Counted from the first letter of the stretch, positions 16,112 through 24,590 are shown. The stretch is 32,000 nt of DNA from Rhodobacter capsulatus SB 1003 (GCF_000021865.1 NC_014034.1:3000001-3032000), one strand, 5' to 3'. Numbers and translations: made by a program. Notes: a model not told the origin generated them from the letters alone.

Positions 16112-16149
16112 AAATGTCCCGCGCGTCATAGGACGGCGGGACATTTTTT
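16112..16149. terminator. Strong hairpin between the hypothetical gene and fumC (terminator and/or operator)
   Basis: AAATGTCCCGC (16112-16122), a 13-nt loop, then GCGGGACATTT (16136-16146), with the T-run continuing to 16149 on the plus strand. On the minus (gene) strand only TTT follows the stem. Confidence 0.5.
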
Positions 16150-16177
16150 GCAATCGGCATGCCGAGGTATACCGCCC

Positions 16178-16666
16178 TCAGGCGTCGACCGACATCCGGT
16201 AGACGCGGGCATTGCGGCACAGCGGATGATGCGCCAGCAACTCGGCCAGCGCGGTTTCGACGATCCGCGGCGAGCGGCAGTGGAAATACAGCTCGACCGC
16301 GCCCGGATAGGTGCCCGCGCCCTGCAGCCGCCCGGCAGAGCTGACGCGCTCCTCGATCGGGCCCATCAGCGTGGCGGCGACCTGCGCGGCCGACTGGCCC
16401 GCGGGCAGGACGGCCGGGTCCAGCTCCAGCACCACGACCTCGGTGGTGCCGAAGCGACGCAGCTCCTTGCCCTCGGCATCGGTGAACCACGAGCCCTTGG
16501 GCGAGCCGAGGCTGTCGAAATGCGCCACCAGCCGGTCCAGCAGCCTGGCATCCAGCCCGGTCACGGTGAAAACGACCTGCGAGGCGGTCCCCCGCCCTTC
16601 GGCATTCACCGAGGACTTGCCCGAGGTGACGCTGCCAAAGCCCTCGGCGGCAAGCCATTTCTGCAC
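16178..16666 (-). CDS. Hypothetical cytoplasmic protein, no recognisable family (5' end uncertain)
   Basis: ORF from GTG 16666. Codon-position GC is coding-like: in 16201-16260 I count 16/20 G/C at third positions versus 9/20 at second. High GC3 continues in-frame upstream to about 16741, where no ATG, GTG or TTG exists. See findings. Confidence 0.6.
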   Translation of the reverse strand: MQKWLAAEGFGSVTSGKSSVNAEGRGTASQVVFTVTGLDARLLDRLVAHFDSLGSPKGSWFTDAEGKELRRFGTTEVVVLELDPAVLPAGQSAAQVAATLMGPIEERVSSAGRLQGAGTYPGAVELYFHCRSPRIVETALAELLAHHPLCRNARVYRMSVDA

Positions 16667-16774
16667 CGGGGCGTCGTAGCGCAGGGCGCGGTCCTCGGCC
16701 AGAAGGCAGGTCGGCAGATGCGCGGTAAGGGTGGTGGTGACTTTCGGTTGAGGAAGTTGAACATCACTCGGGTC

Positions 16775-17236
16775 TCATTTGCGGAATTTGTCGAGACTGA
16801 CCACTTCGGCTTCGGTCCGGGGTTTTTCCGGTTCCTCCTGCGGTTCGTCCTCGTCGTCCTCGTCCTCGTCCTCTTCGTCGCTGTCTTGCGATTCGAAGCG
16901 CAGGCCGAATTCGACCGAGGGGTCGACGAAGGTGTGCACGGCATCGAAGGGGATCACCAGCGGTTCGGGCTGGTTGCCGAAGTTCAGCGTGATCGAGAAG
17001 CCCTCGTCGGTGACGACAAGGTTGTCGAACCAGTGCTGAATGACGATGGTCATTTCTTCGGGATAGCGGCTTTTCAGCCAGTCCGCCATTTCCACCTTCG
17101 GCGCGCGGGTGTCGAAGGTGATGAAGAAATGATGCGCCCCGGGCAGGCCATGTTCGGCCACCTCGGTCAGGACGGTCTGGATCAGCCCGCGCATCGCGCG
17201 GTGCATGAGCGTGCCGTAGTCGATCGAACGGGTCAT
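16775..17236 (-). CDS. sspB: ClpXP adaptor SspB (alphaproteobacterial type)
   Basis: ATG at 17236. The product is MTRSIDYGTLMHRAMRGLIQTVL...HHFFITFDTRAPKVEM...MTIVIQHWFDNL, an SspB fold. An acidic linker DSDEEDEDEDDEDE follows, then the C-terminal ClpX-binding-like tail VVSLDKFRK. The 54-codon upstream extension was rejected. Confidence 0.88.
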   Translation of the reverse strand: MTRSIDYGTLMHRAMRGLIQTVLTEVAEHGLPGAHHFFITFDTRAPKVEMADWLKSRYPEEMTIVIQHWFDNLVVTDEGFSITLNFGNQPEPLVIPFDAVHTFVDPSVEFGLRFESQDSDEEDEDEDDEDEPQEEPEKPRTEAEVVSLDKFRK

Positions 17237-17394
17237 CTGTCCGCCTTTCCTTTCGGCCCAGCATAGGGGATTCGCCGTGCAAGAAAAGGGGGCAAGAACA
17301 AGCCGCAAGCAGCGTGCCACGGGGCGGCGGCCCCGGCATCGGAGAGGCCGCGCGGCGGAAGGGGGTGGGGGAAAGTGCAGGTTTCTGTTGCCAG

Positions 17395-17690
17395 GCACCT
17401 GCGAGCCCCGCCTTAAGCGGCTAAGCGTAAGGACTTTAGGTTTCGGTACCCGAGCTGCTTACGCAGCCAGAGCCACCGGAGCACGGTTGTCGTTGGCAAC
17501 TGTACATTTGAGCAGATAACGGCTGCGTCCAACCGAGATGCAAGTACCCATTCAACCGTTCGTCGACCCTAATTCACCCCCGCACTCCTGTTAGCCCAGG
17601 AGAAATGGTGGAGGTGGGGGGATTCGCACCCCCGTCCGATCCAGCCTAGTTGGCCCGTCTACACCCATAGTCCCTTGCGGAACGGGATCA
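17395..17690 (-). ncRNA. ssrA: Circularly permuted (two-piece) tmRNA gene
   Basis: On the minus strand the T-arm and acceptor 3' strand GGACGGGGGTGCGAATCCCCCCCACCTCCACCA end at 17606. An intervening hairpin CTCCTG-GGCTAA-CAGGAG spans 17605-17582. The coding piece starts GGGGGTGAATTAGGGTCGACG at 17581, with G3.U pairing to CACCTCC. The tag frame is at 17497-17459. Outer ends are approximate. Confidence 0.9.
17459..17497 (-). other. tmRNA tag reading frame ANDNRAPVALAA-stop
   Basis: GCC AAC GAC AAC CGT GCT CCG GTG GCT CTG GCT GCG TAA on the minus strand. It has the alphaproteobacterial ANDN... start and the ClpXP-degron LAA end. Confidence 0.9.
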
Positions 17691-17718
17691 ATCTAGGTGT
17701 CGCGGGGCGAAAGCGCAA
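17691..17718 (-). promoter_or_regulatory. Candidate sigma-70-type promoter of ssrA
   Basis: The minus strand reads TTGCGC (17718-17713), a 16-nt spacer, then CTAGAT (17696-17691). This predicts an acceptor piece of about 75-80 nt ending at CCA 17606. It is a sequence match only. Confidence 0.3.
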
Positions 17719-17947
17719 GACCCCCGCGGCGGCGGCCCGCCATCGGGGCCCCTTTGGCGCCGGCATGGTCCATCTTCATGGCCCCGCTCTTGCGGCGAAG
17801 CCGCGCAGCCCGGCACGATTGCGCTTGTGCGGCGGTCCTGCCGACCCTACCTGTAGCGGATCATGCCTGCTGACGCCCCTGCTCCGCCGCCGACCGCGGC
17901 CACCCTGCCCTTTTCCAGCCGCCTTTCCCTGACGCCCGGACCCCCCG

Positions 17948-19228
17948 ATGTTTCTTGAAATCGCCATCGTCCTGCTTTTGACCCTCGTCAACGGCGTGCT
18001 TGCCATGTCGGAACTTGCCATCGTCTCCTCGCGCCCGGCGCGCCTGAAGCTTCTGGCCGACCGCGGCAGCCGCGGCGCCCGGATCGCGATCCGGCTGGGC
18101 GAGGAACCGGGGCGGTTCCTGTCCTCGGTGCAGATCGGCATCACCGCGGTGGGCGTGCTCTCGGGGGCGTTTTCCGGCGCGACCCTGGGCGAGCGGCTCT
18201 CGAACTGGCTTTCGCTGCAAGGACTTGCGCCCAGCCTTGCCGACACCCTCGGCGTCGGCGGCGTGGTGGTGGCGATCACCTATGCCTCGCTCGTCTTTGG
18301 CGAACTGGTGCCGAAACAGATCGCGCTGCGCCGTCCCGAGGCGGTGGCGGTGCGGATCGCGCCGCTGTTGCAGCTGATCGCGATTGTCGCCGCGCCGGTG
18401 GTCTGGCTGCTCGACATTTCCGGGCGGCTGGTGCTGCTGGTGCTGGGCCAGTCGGGCGGCGCCGAAAGCAACATGACCGACGAAGAGGTCAAGATGGTGC
18501 TGGCCGAGGCGCAGACCGCGGGCGTGATGGAAGAGGCCGAAACCGAGATGATCGCCGGGGTGATGCGGATTGCCGACCGCTCCGCACGGGGCGTGATGAC
18601 GCCGCGCCACGAGGTCGATCTGGTCGACATCACCGACAGCCCCGCCGCCATCGTCAAGCGCTTCCGCGAGACCCGTCATTCCCGCCTGCCGGTGCGCGAT
18701 GGCGGCCCCGATGACATCGTCGGCGTGCTGTCCTCGCGCGATTTTCTCGATCACCGCCCCCGCGCCGAGGCGGGCGATCTGCGCGCGCTGATCCTGCCCG
18801 CGCCGGTGGTGCGCGACGGCATGTCGGCGCTGGACGTGGTGGAAACCCTGCGCAGCGCCCCGGCGCATATGGTGCTGGTCTTTGACGAATACGGCCATTT
18901 CGAGGGCATCGTGACGCCGATGGACCTGCTCGAGGCGATCACCGGCGATTTCCACGACCCGGGCGAGCCCGAGGAGCCGAAGATGGTGCCCCGCGCCGAT
19001 GGTTCGGTTCTGGTGGCGGGCTGGATGCCCGCCGACGAATTCGCCGATGCCTTCGGCTTTCCGCTGCGCGAGGGGCGCGATTATCAGACCGTCGCCGGGC
19101 TGGTGCTGGACGAGACCGGCCAGCTGCCCGAGGTCGGCGCCGTCTTCACCCTTTACGGGCTGCGCATCGAGGTGGTGGACCTGGACGGGCGGCGGATCGA
19201 CAAGCTGCTGGTCAGCCGCGCGCCCTGA
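17948..19228 (+). CDS. CNNM/DUF21-CBS-CorC_HlyC family membrane protein (TlyC/hemolysin-like, putative divalent-cation efflux)
   Basis: 426 aa. It has the N-terminal DUF21 TM domain (MFLEIAIVLLLTLVNGVLAMSELAIVSS), a CBS pair (VMTPRHEVDLVD..., VFDEYGHFEGIVT) and the C-terminal CorC domain. Confidence 0.9.
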   Translation: MFLEIAIVLLLTLVNGVLAMSELAIVSSRPARLKLLADRGSRGARIAIRLGEEPGRFLSSVQIGITAVGVLSGAFSGATLGERLSNWLSLQGLAPSLADTLGVGGVVVAITYASLVFGELVPKQIALRRPEAVAVRIAPLLQLIAIVAAPVVWLLDISGRLVLLVLGQSGGAESNMTDEEVKMVLAEAQTAGVMEEAETEMIAGVMRIADRSARGVMTPRHEVDLVDITDSPAAIVKRFRETRHSRLPVRDGGPDDIVGVLSSRDFLDHRPRAEAGDLRALILPAPVVRDGMSALDVVETLRSAPAHMVLVFDEYGHFEGIVTPMDLLEAITGDFHDPGEPEEPKMVPRADGSVLVAGWMPADEFADAFGFPLREGRDYQTVAGLVLDETGQLPEVGAVFTLYGLRIEVVDLDGRRIDKLLVSRAP

Positions 19229-19261
19229 GCGCCCATTTGCGCGCCGCGCGCGGCTGCGGCC

Positions 19262-20122
19262 TCAGTGCCGCAGCGCCAGGGTTTCGGCGCGCAGATCGGC
19301 GAGGAACTGGCGCGGATGTTTCAGCGCCTCGGCGATCTCGGCGGCCGTCTTCGGCGGCCCGATCACCGGCGCTTGCGGCTTGAAGAGCGCGCGCTTGATT
19401 TCATGCAGCAAAAGCCCCTGCCGCAGCGTCGCGCCCAGCTTGTTGGCGATCTGATAGGCGCGCGAATTCTTGCCGGGGAAATAGATCGGCAGCACCGCAG
19501 CCCCCGAACGCGCCAGCATCTTTGCGGTGAAGGGGTTCCATTCGCCCTCGATCGCCGGGCCGAAGAAGGTCTTCGAATGCGCCACCGCGCCCGCCGGAAA
19601 CAGCACGATCACGCCGCCGCGCTTCAGCTGCGCCATGCATTCGGCCCGCATCTTCAGGCTTTCCTCCTGCGCATTCGGCTCATGCGGGAAGGGCACCGGC
19701 AGCATGAATTCCTCGATCTCGGGAATGCCGGTCAGCAGCGAACGGGTCAGGATCTTGTAATCGGTCCGCACCTGCCCGATCAGCCAGGCCAGCACCATCC
19801 CGTCCACCAGCCCGTGCGGGTGGTTCGCGACGACGACGAGCGGCCCGGTCGCGGGGATGCGGGCGATTTCGGCGGCGGGGGTCTTCACCTCGATCCCCAT
19901 GATCTCCAGCGCCTGCGGCCAGAACGGCTGACCCACCGGCGCGCCGCGACGCTCGAACTTGCGGATCAGCTGCAACAGCGTCCATTTCGCCGTCAGCCAT
20001 TCGATGGTGCGGATCGTATTCGCCTTCCACGGGTTGGTGAACGTCCCCGCATAGGACAGCCGCTTGATATCATAGGGTTTTTGTTCGACCAACATGCGGT
20101 CGACGGGTTGGCTGTCGGTCAC
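19262..20122 (-). CDS. Lysophospholipid (PlsC-type) acyltransferase family protein
   Basis: It has the HX4D motif NHPHGLVDG and VLFPAGAV. Start taken at GTG 20122 (GAAGGGA SD upstream); ATG 20095 is an alternative. It begins 25 nt after the HPr stop. Confidence 0.75.
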   Translation of the reverse strand: MTDSQPVDRMLVEQKPYDIKRLSYAGTFTNPWKANTIRTIEWLTAKWTLLQLIRKFERRGAPVGQPFWPQALEIMGIEVKTPAAEIARIPATGPLVVVANHPHGLVDGMVLAWLIGQVRTDYKILTRSLLTGIPEIEEFMLPVPFPHEPNAQEESLKMRAECMAQLKRGGVIVLFPAGAVAHSKTFFGPAIEGEWNPFTAKMLARSGAAVLPIYFPGKNSRAYQIANKLGATLRQGLLLHEIKRALFKPQAPVIGPPKTAAEIAEALKHPRQFLADLRAETLALRH

Positions 20123-20147
20123 GACACTTCCCTTCTTGCCTTGCGGC

Positions 20148-20420
20148 TCACATCTCTTCGCCGAAGCGGTCGGCCACCAGCGCCTCAAGCGCGGCGGACA
20201 GCTTGTCGGCCTCAGGCCCGAAGGTCGTGACCTCGATCGTGGTCCCGCGCGAGGCGGCAAGCATCAGCAGACCCATGATCGAATCGCCCGAGACCTTCAT
20301 CCCGTCCTTTTCGACCTCGGCCCTTGCGTCATGCGCCTCGACCACCTCCACGAACCGCGCCGAGGCCCGCGCATGCAGGCCCTTTTCATTCACGATCTTC
20401 AAGACCTTGCTGACACTCAC
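20148..20420 (-). CDS. ptsH: HPr-family phosphocarrier protein (HPr/NPr)
   Basis: 90 aa from GTG 20420. It has the active-site His context NEKGLHARAS and the regulatory Ser context SGDSIMGLL. The start overlaps the EIIA stop as GTGA. Confidence 0.88.
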   Translation of the reverse strand: MSVSKVLKIVNEKGLHARASARFVEVVEAHDARAEVEKDGMKVSGDSIMGLLMLAASRGTTIEVTTFGPEADKLSAALEALVADRFGEEM

Positions 20421-20818
20421 TTGGCCGAGGCTCCGCCCGTCGAATAGCAATTGATATATTTGCGACCGGCATCAAGAGAGGCTTCCACCGCCGCATGCAC
20501 GCCCAAAGAGCGCGATTTGGCGAGCTTTATCAGCAAGGGAAGATTGGCACCATAGATGATCTCGCGCCCGCCGGCCTCGCAGGCCATCAGGCTCAGGTTG
20601 GAGGGCGAGCCGCCGAACATGTCGGTGACGACGACAACCCCGGCGCCGCTGTCGACCGCATCGGCGGCGGCGCGGATCTCGGCCTGTTTCGCCGCCCTGT
20701 CATGGTCGTCTTCTATGGTGATGGCGCGTATGCCCTCTTGCGGGCCGACGACATGCTCGACCGCCGCGAGATATTCCCGCGCCAAACCCCCATGTGCCAC
20801 GATCACGATCCCGATCAC
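20417..20818 (-). CDS. PTS EIIA component, mannose/fructose family (soluble, regulatory)
   Basis: 133 aa, [13 protein letters not shown] (phospho-His context), [10 protein letters not shown]. The GTG start overlaps the rapZ stop as GTGA. Confidence 0.88.
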   Translation of the reverse strand: MIGIVIVAHGGLAREYLAAVEHVVGPQEGIRAITIEDDHDRAAKQAEIRAAADAVDSGAGVVVVTDMFGGSPSNLSLMACEAGGREIIYGANLPLLIKLAKSRSLGVHAAVEASLDAGRKYINCYSTGGASAK

Positions 20819-21729
20819 GCGCCCTCTGCCTCTTTCCCTGTGGGCATGGCCTGTGCCCGACGTTCCAGCTCCCTGTGCCGTTTAGACACTTGCCAGTTCG
20901 CCTGTGCAAGGGCCTTGGCTACGGCTTCCGTTACGGCAACCGAACGATGTTGCCCGCCGGTACATCCGAAGCCCACGGCCAGATGGGCCTTGCCTTCGTC
21001 CAGATGCGCCGGAAGTTGAAACAGCAGTAGATCACACACCTTCTGAATGAAGGGTTGATAGCGGGCATCGCCCTGCACATGCGCCGCTACCGCCGGATCC
21101 AGCCCGGTCAGCGGCCGCAGCGCCTCGACCCAATGCGGATTCGCCAGAAACCGGCAGTCGAACATCATGTCGAGCCCGCGCGGCACGCCGCGCTTGTAGC
21201 TGAAACTGTGCAGCGAAATCGCCAGCCGCGAGATCTGCCCCATGTCGAACCAGCGCCCGACCTCGGCGCGCAGGTCATGCGGGCTCATCGTCGAGCTGTC
21301 GATCAGCACATCGGCCCGCATCCGGATCGGCGCCAGCATGTCGAATTCCTGCACGATCCCCGAGAGCGGCTGCGCCTGCGGCGCCAGCGGATGGCGGCGC
21401 CGGGTCTCGGAATAGCGCCGGATCAGCGCCTCGGGCGTGGCGTCCAGATACAGCACTTCGAGCAGCAGGCCCGGTTCCCGCGTCAGCCAGTCGATCAGCT
21501 CGATCAGCGCCGCGACGGAAAAATCGCGGTTGCGCACGTCGATGCCCAAAGCCATCGGCCGGGTCAGCGGGCCATCGATCAGCCGCGGCACCAGGGACAA
21601 CGGCAGGTTGTTGATCGCCTCGTAGCCCAGATCCTCGAGCGCGACGATCGCGGTGGTGCGCCCCGCCCCCGAAGGGCCGGTGACAAGAACCAGCCGGTTC
21701 ACCGTCTCGGTTGCCGCGCGTTCGTTCAC
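20815..21729 (-). CDS. rapZ: RNase adapter protein RapZ (YhbJ, P-loop NTPase)
   Basis: P-loop [10 protein letters not shown], the C-terminal [26 protein letters not shown], and [10 protein letters not shown]. Start taken at GTG 21729, overlapping the hprK stop (GTGA); ATG 21753 is an alternative. Confidence 0.9.
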   Translation of the reverse strand: MNERAATETVNRLVLVTGPSGAGRTTAIVALEDLGYEAINNLPLSLVPRLIDGPLTRPMALGIDVRNRDFSVAALIELIDWLTREPGLLLEVLYLDATPEALIRRYSETRRRHPLAPQAQPLSGIVQEFDMLAPIRMRADVLIDSSTMSPHDLRAEVGRWFDMGQISRLAISLHSFSYKRGVPRGLDMMFDCRFLANPHWVEALRPLTGLDPAVAAHVQGDARYQPFIQKVCDLLLFQLPAHLDEGKAHLAVGFGCTGGQHRSVAVTEAVAKALAQANWQVSKRHRELERRAQAMPTGKEAEGA

Positions 21730-22145
21730 ATCGCTCTCCCGGCCTTCAGCCATTGCAGGATCACCGCCTCAAGATGACCATGTTGCAGGCGCAGCACAAG
21801 GGGCAGGGTGACGCCCAGAAACGCAATCTCGCGTGAAGGTGGCAGCCTTTCGGCCTCGTCCCGCCCCATGTCCACCGCCAGCACGATCCGCGCCTGCGCC
21901 AGCGTCTCGGCGCGCAGGATGCCCGCGCCCCGCGCCTCGATCAGACCGGCGATCGGCGCGGGGGCACGGGCGATCAGCGCGCCCTCTTCCACCGCCAGCA
22001 AAACCCGGTCATCGGCCACCAGCCGCGCCCCGAAGGCCATCAACCGCAAGGCGAGCCCGGATTTCCCCGCCCCCGAGGGACCAAGGATCAGCACCCCCGC
22101 CCCGGGCGTCAGCGCAACCGCCGTGGCATGCAGCGGCGGGCCCAA
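21726..22145 (-). CDS. hprK: Short-form HPr kinase/phosphorylase (C-terminal catalytic domain only)
   Basis: 139 aa. P-loop [12 protein letters not shown] and the signature [10 protein letters not shown]. The TTG start at 22145 lies 3 nt after the chvG stop. The N-terminal domain is absent, as is typical of alphaproteobacterial HprK. Confidence 0.85.
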   Translation of the reverse strand: MGPPLHATAVALTPGAGVLILGPSGAGKSGLALRLMAFGARLVADDRVLLAVEEGALIARAPAPIAGLIEARGAGILRAETLAQARIVLAVDMGRDEAERLPPSREIAFLGVTLPLVLRLQHGHLEAVILQWLKAGRAM

Positions 22146-22148
22146 GGC

Positions 22149-23822
22149 TCAGACCGGCAGGCCGACGACGAAGCGGGCGCCCAGCGGTTCCGAGGTGATG
22201 TCGGCATCGGTCGGGCGGATGTTCTCGGCCCAGATCACGCCGCCATGCGCCTCGACGATCTGTTTCGAGATCGCCAGCCCCAGGCCGGAATGGTCGCCGA
22301 ACTGGCCCTCGGGGCGTTGCGAATAGAAGCGCTTGAAGACCTTGGACAGGGCCTGTTCGGGAATGCCCGGCCCGGTGTCCTCGACCACCACCAGCACCCG
22401 GTTTTCGCGTTTGCGCGCCCAGACCCGGACCGCGTCGCCCTCTTCGCAGAAGCTGATCGCATTGCTGATCAGATTGACGAAAACCTGCGCCAGACGGGCC
22501 TCGAGGCCGGTGATGCGGATCGGATCCGCGGGCAGGTCGGTGATGAATTCGACCCCTTTCGCCCCCGCCTCCCGGCCCAGATGGTCGCCCAGATTGGCAA
22601 GCATCTTCAACAGGTCGAAGGGCTCTTCCTCTTCCTTGACCAGATCGCTGTCGAGCCGCGAGGCGTTCGAGATGTCGCTCACCAGCCGGTCAAGGCGGCG
22701 CACGTCATGGTCGATCACCTCCAGCAGGCGCAGACGCTGATCCTCGCGCTTGACCACATGCAGCGAGGCCACGGCCGAGCGCAGGCTGGCCAGCGGGTTC
22801 TTGATTTCATGCGCCACATCGGCGGCAAACTGTTCATTCGCGTCGATCCGGTCGTAAAGCGCCGCCACCATGCCGCGCAGCGCGCCCGACAGCCGCCCGA
22901 TCTCGTCGGGCCGCGCGGTCAGGTCGGGAATGCGGATCCGACCCGGCGTCATCTTGCGGGAATGCCGGTCGCGGCCGATCTCGGCGGCGGCGGCAAGGTC
23001 GGAAAGCGGGTTGGCGATGGTCGAGGCCAGCACCAGAGACAGCCCGATCGAAACGATGATCGCCACGACGAACATCTGCAGCACCTGTTCGCGCTCGACC
23101 CGGACGAGCTTGTCGATTTCCCCCGCGGCCGAGGTCATCGCCACGGTGCCGACATGGACGTCGTTCTGGAACAGCCCGGTCGCCACCGAAAAGATCGTCG
23201 CCCCCGAGGTGTTGCGCCGCGTCGCCATCACCGTCTGCCCGGCCGCGACCTGCGGCACCAGCGCCTCGGCCATGGCCCGGGTATCGACGGGCGGCGCCGC
23301 GCCCGGATCGCGATGCGCAAGCCGGGTCAGCCAGTCCCAGGCGCTGTTGAGCAGATCGGTGAGCATCGTCGAGCGGCTGTCGACCCCCAGCCCCTCGACC
23401 CTTTCGCGCGGCGCGGTGCCGACGGCGCCGGAGTCCGCCAAAAGATTTCCTGCCGCATCAAAGACATAGATCGTCGCCCCCTCGGGCAGTTCGATCCCGC
23501 GCATGACCTCGGCCACGTCAAGGCCGTCGCCCGCCGCCAGATTGACCGGCGCCGACAGCGGCATCCGCGCCTCGAAGACATCGGCGATCAGCTCGGCCTC
23601 GCTGACGATGGCGCTTTCGCGCTGAAACACCAGGCTGTCGCGGAACGGGTTCAGATAAAGCACCCCCGCCACCATGACCAGCATCGCCAGAAGGTTAAAG
23701 GTGATGATCTTGCGCGCGAGCGGCGAGTGGTTCAGCGAAATGTAGCTGCGCCGCTGACGGCCCTTGGCCAGATCCTCATCGACCGCGCCCGAGGGTGCGA
23801 CCCAGTCCTCGCCCAGAACCAC
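22149..23822 (-). CDS. chvG: Sensor histidine kinase ChvG (ExoS/BvrS family)
   Basis: 557 aa from GTG 23822. It has two TM segments flanking a periplasmic domain, a HAMP domain, the H-box FAADVAHEIKNPLASL, and an HATPase domain (DTGPGIP, GLGLAISKQIVEAHGG). Confidence 0.88.
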   Translation of the reverse strand: MVLGEDWVAPSGAVDEDLAKGRQRRSYISLNHSPLARKIITFNLLAMLVMVAGVLYLNPFRDSLVFQRESAIVSEAELIADVFEARMPLSAPVNLAAGDGLDVAEVMRGIELPEGATIYVFDAAGNLLADSGAVGTAPRERVEGLGVDSRSTMLTDLLNSAWDWLTRLAHRDPGAAPPVDTRAMAEALVPQVAAGQTVMATRRNTSGATIFSVATGLFQNDVHVGTVAMTSAAGEIDKLVRVEREQVLQMFVVAIIVSIGLSLVLASTIANPLSDLAAAAEIGRDRHSRKMTPGRIRIPDLTARPDEIGRLSGALRGMVAALYDRIDANEQFAADVAHEIKNPLASLRSAVASLHVVKREDQRLRLLEVIDHDVRRLDRLVSDISNASRLDSDLVKEEEEPFDLLKMLANLGDHLGREAGAKGVEFITDLPADPIRITGLEARLAQVFVNLISNAISFCEEGDAVRVWARKRENRVLVVVEDTGPGIPEQALSKVFKRFYSQRPEGQFGDHSGLGLAISKQIVEAHGGVIWAENIRPTDADITSEPLGARFVVGLPV

Positions 23823-23888
23823 ATCCGTTCTCGGATTTCGCGGCCTTGGTCACACGCCCCCGCCTTGCTGCAAGAAATCCGGCAATGG

Positions 23889-24590
23889 TCATTCTTCGTT
23901 GTAACGATAACCGATGCCGTAAAGCGTCTCGATCGCCGAGAAATCGTCATCCACCGTGCGCATCTTCTTGCGCAGCCGCTTGATGTGGCTGTCGATGGTG
24001 CGATCGTCGACATAGACCTGATCGTCATAGGCGACATCCATCAGCTGATCGCGGCTTTTGACGAATCCGGGCCGGATCGCCAGCGCCTGCAGCAGCAGGA
24101 ATTCGGTCACCGTCAGCGTCACCTCGCGGCCCTTCCAGGTCACCGAATGGCGCAGCGGGTCCATGGAAAGGGAACCGCGCACGATCACCTTGGTATCTTC
24201 GGCCACCGGCGCTTCGCCGGTCGAGATCGCCTCCTGACGGCGCAGAAGCGCGCGGATGCGTTCGACCAGAAGCCGCTGGCTGAAGGGTTTCTTGACGTAA
24301 TCATCCGCGCCCATGCGCAGGCCCAGAACCTCGTCGATCTCGTCATCCTTGGAGGTCAGGAAGATCACCGGCATCGTCGTCTTCTGGCGCAGCCGCTGCA
24401 GCAGTTCCATGCCGTCCATCCGCGGCATCTTGATGTCAAGCACGGCCATGTCGGGCAGCCGCTTGCTGAACGCGTCGAGCGCGGCCTGACCGTCGTTGTA
24501 GGTCTCGACCTCGTAGCCCTCGGCCTCAAGCGTCATCGAGACCGACGTCAGAATGTTGCGATCGTCGTCGACCAGCGCGATCCTCGACAT
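23889..24590 (-). CDS. chvI: OmpR-family response regulator ChvI
   Basis: The ATG at 24590 is preceded by GAGGTG (spacing 6). The product is [17 protein letters not shown]...[11 protein letters not shown]...DDYVKKPF, with a winged-helix C-terminus GIGYRY. GTG 24599 is an alternative start. Confidence 0.92.
   Translation of the reverse strand: MSRIALVDDDRNILTSVSMTLEAEGYEVETYNDGQAALDAFSKRLPDMAVLDIKMPRMDGMELLQRLRQKTTMPVIFLTSKDDEIDEVLGLRMGADDYVKKPFSQRLLVERIRALLRRQEAISTGEAPVAEDTKVIVRGSLSMDPLRHSVTWKGREVTLTVTEFLLLQALAIRPGFVKSRDQLMDVAYDDQVYVDDRTIDSHIKRLRKKMRTVDDDFSAIETLYGIGYRYNEE

Noticed and set aside
16606-16944. A 112-aa ORF overlapping the sspB 3' end and the following gap. It contains the ATG 16764 frame.
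   Set aside because: Beyond the first 8 codons the product (SPPPLPRICRPAFWPRTAPCATTPRCRNG...) is an off-frame Arg/Pro-rich artefact. Only its start codon is relevant to the start-site puzzle reported in the findings.
17727-17775. A possible third, partial family-B copy (GGCCCGCCAT...CTTTGGCGCC) upstream of ssrA.
   Set aside because: Only two short GC-rich strings match. The core is missing and the hairpins are not reproduced. This could easily be chance in GC-rich sequence.
17237-17947. A genomic island or prophage integrated at the tmRNA gene.
   Set aside because: There is no integrase, no duplicated ssrA 3' segment and no compositional break. ssrA is flanked directly by sspB and a CNNM-family housekeeping gene.
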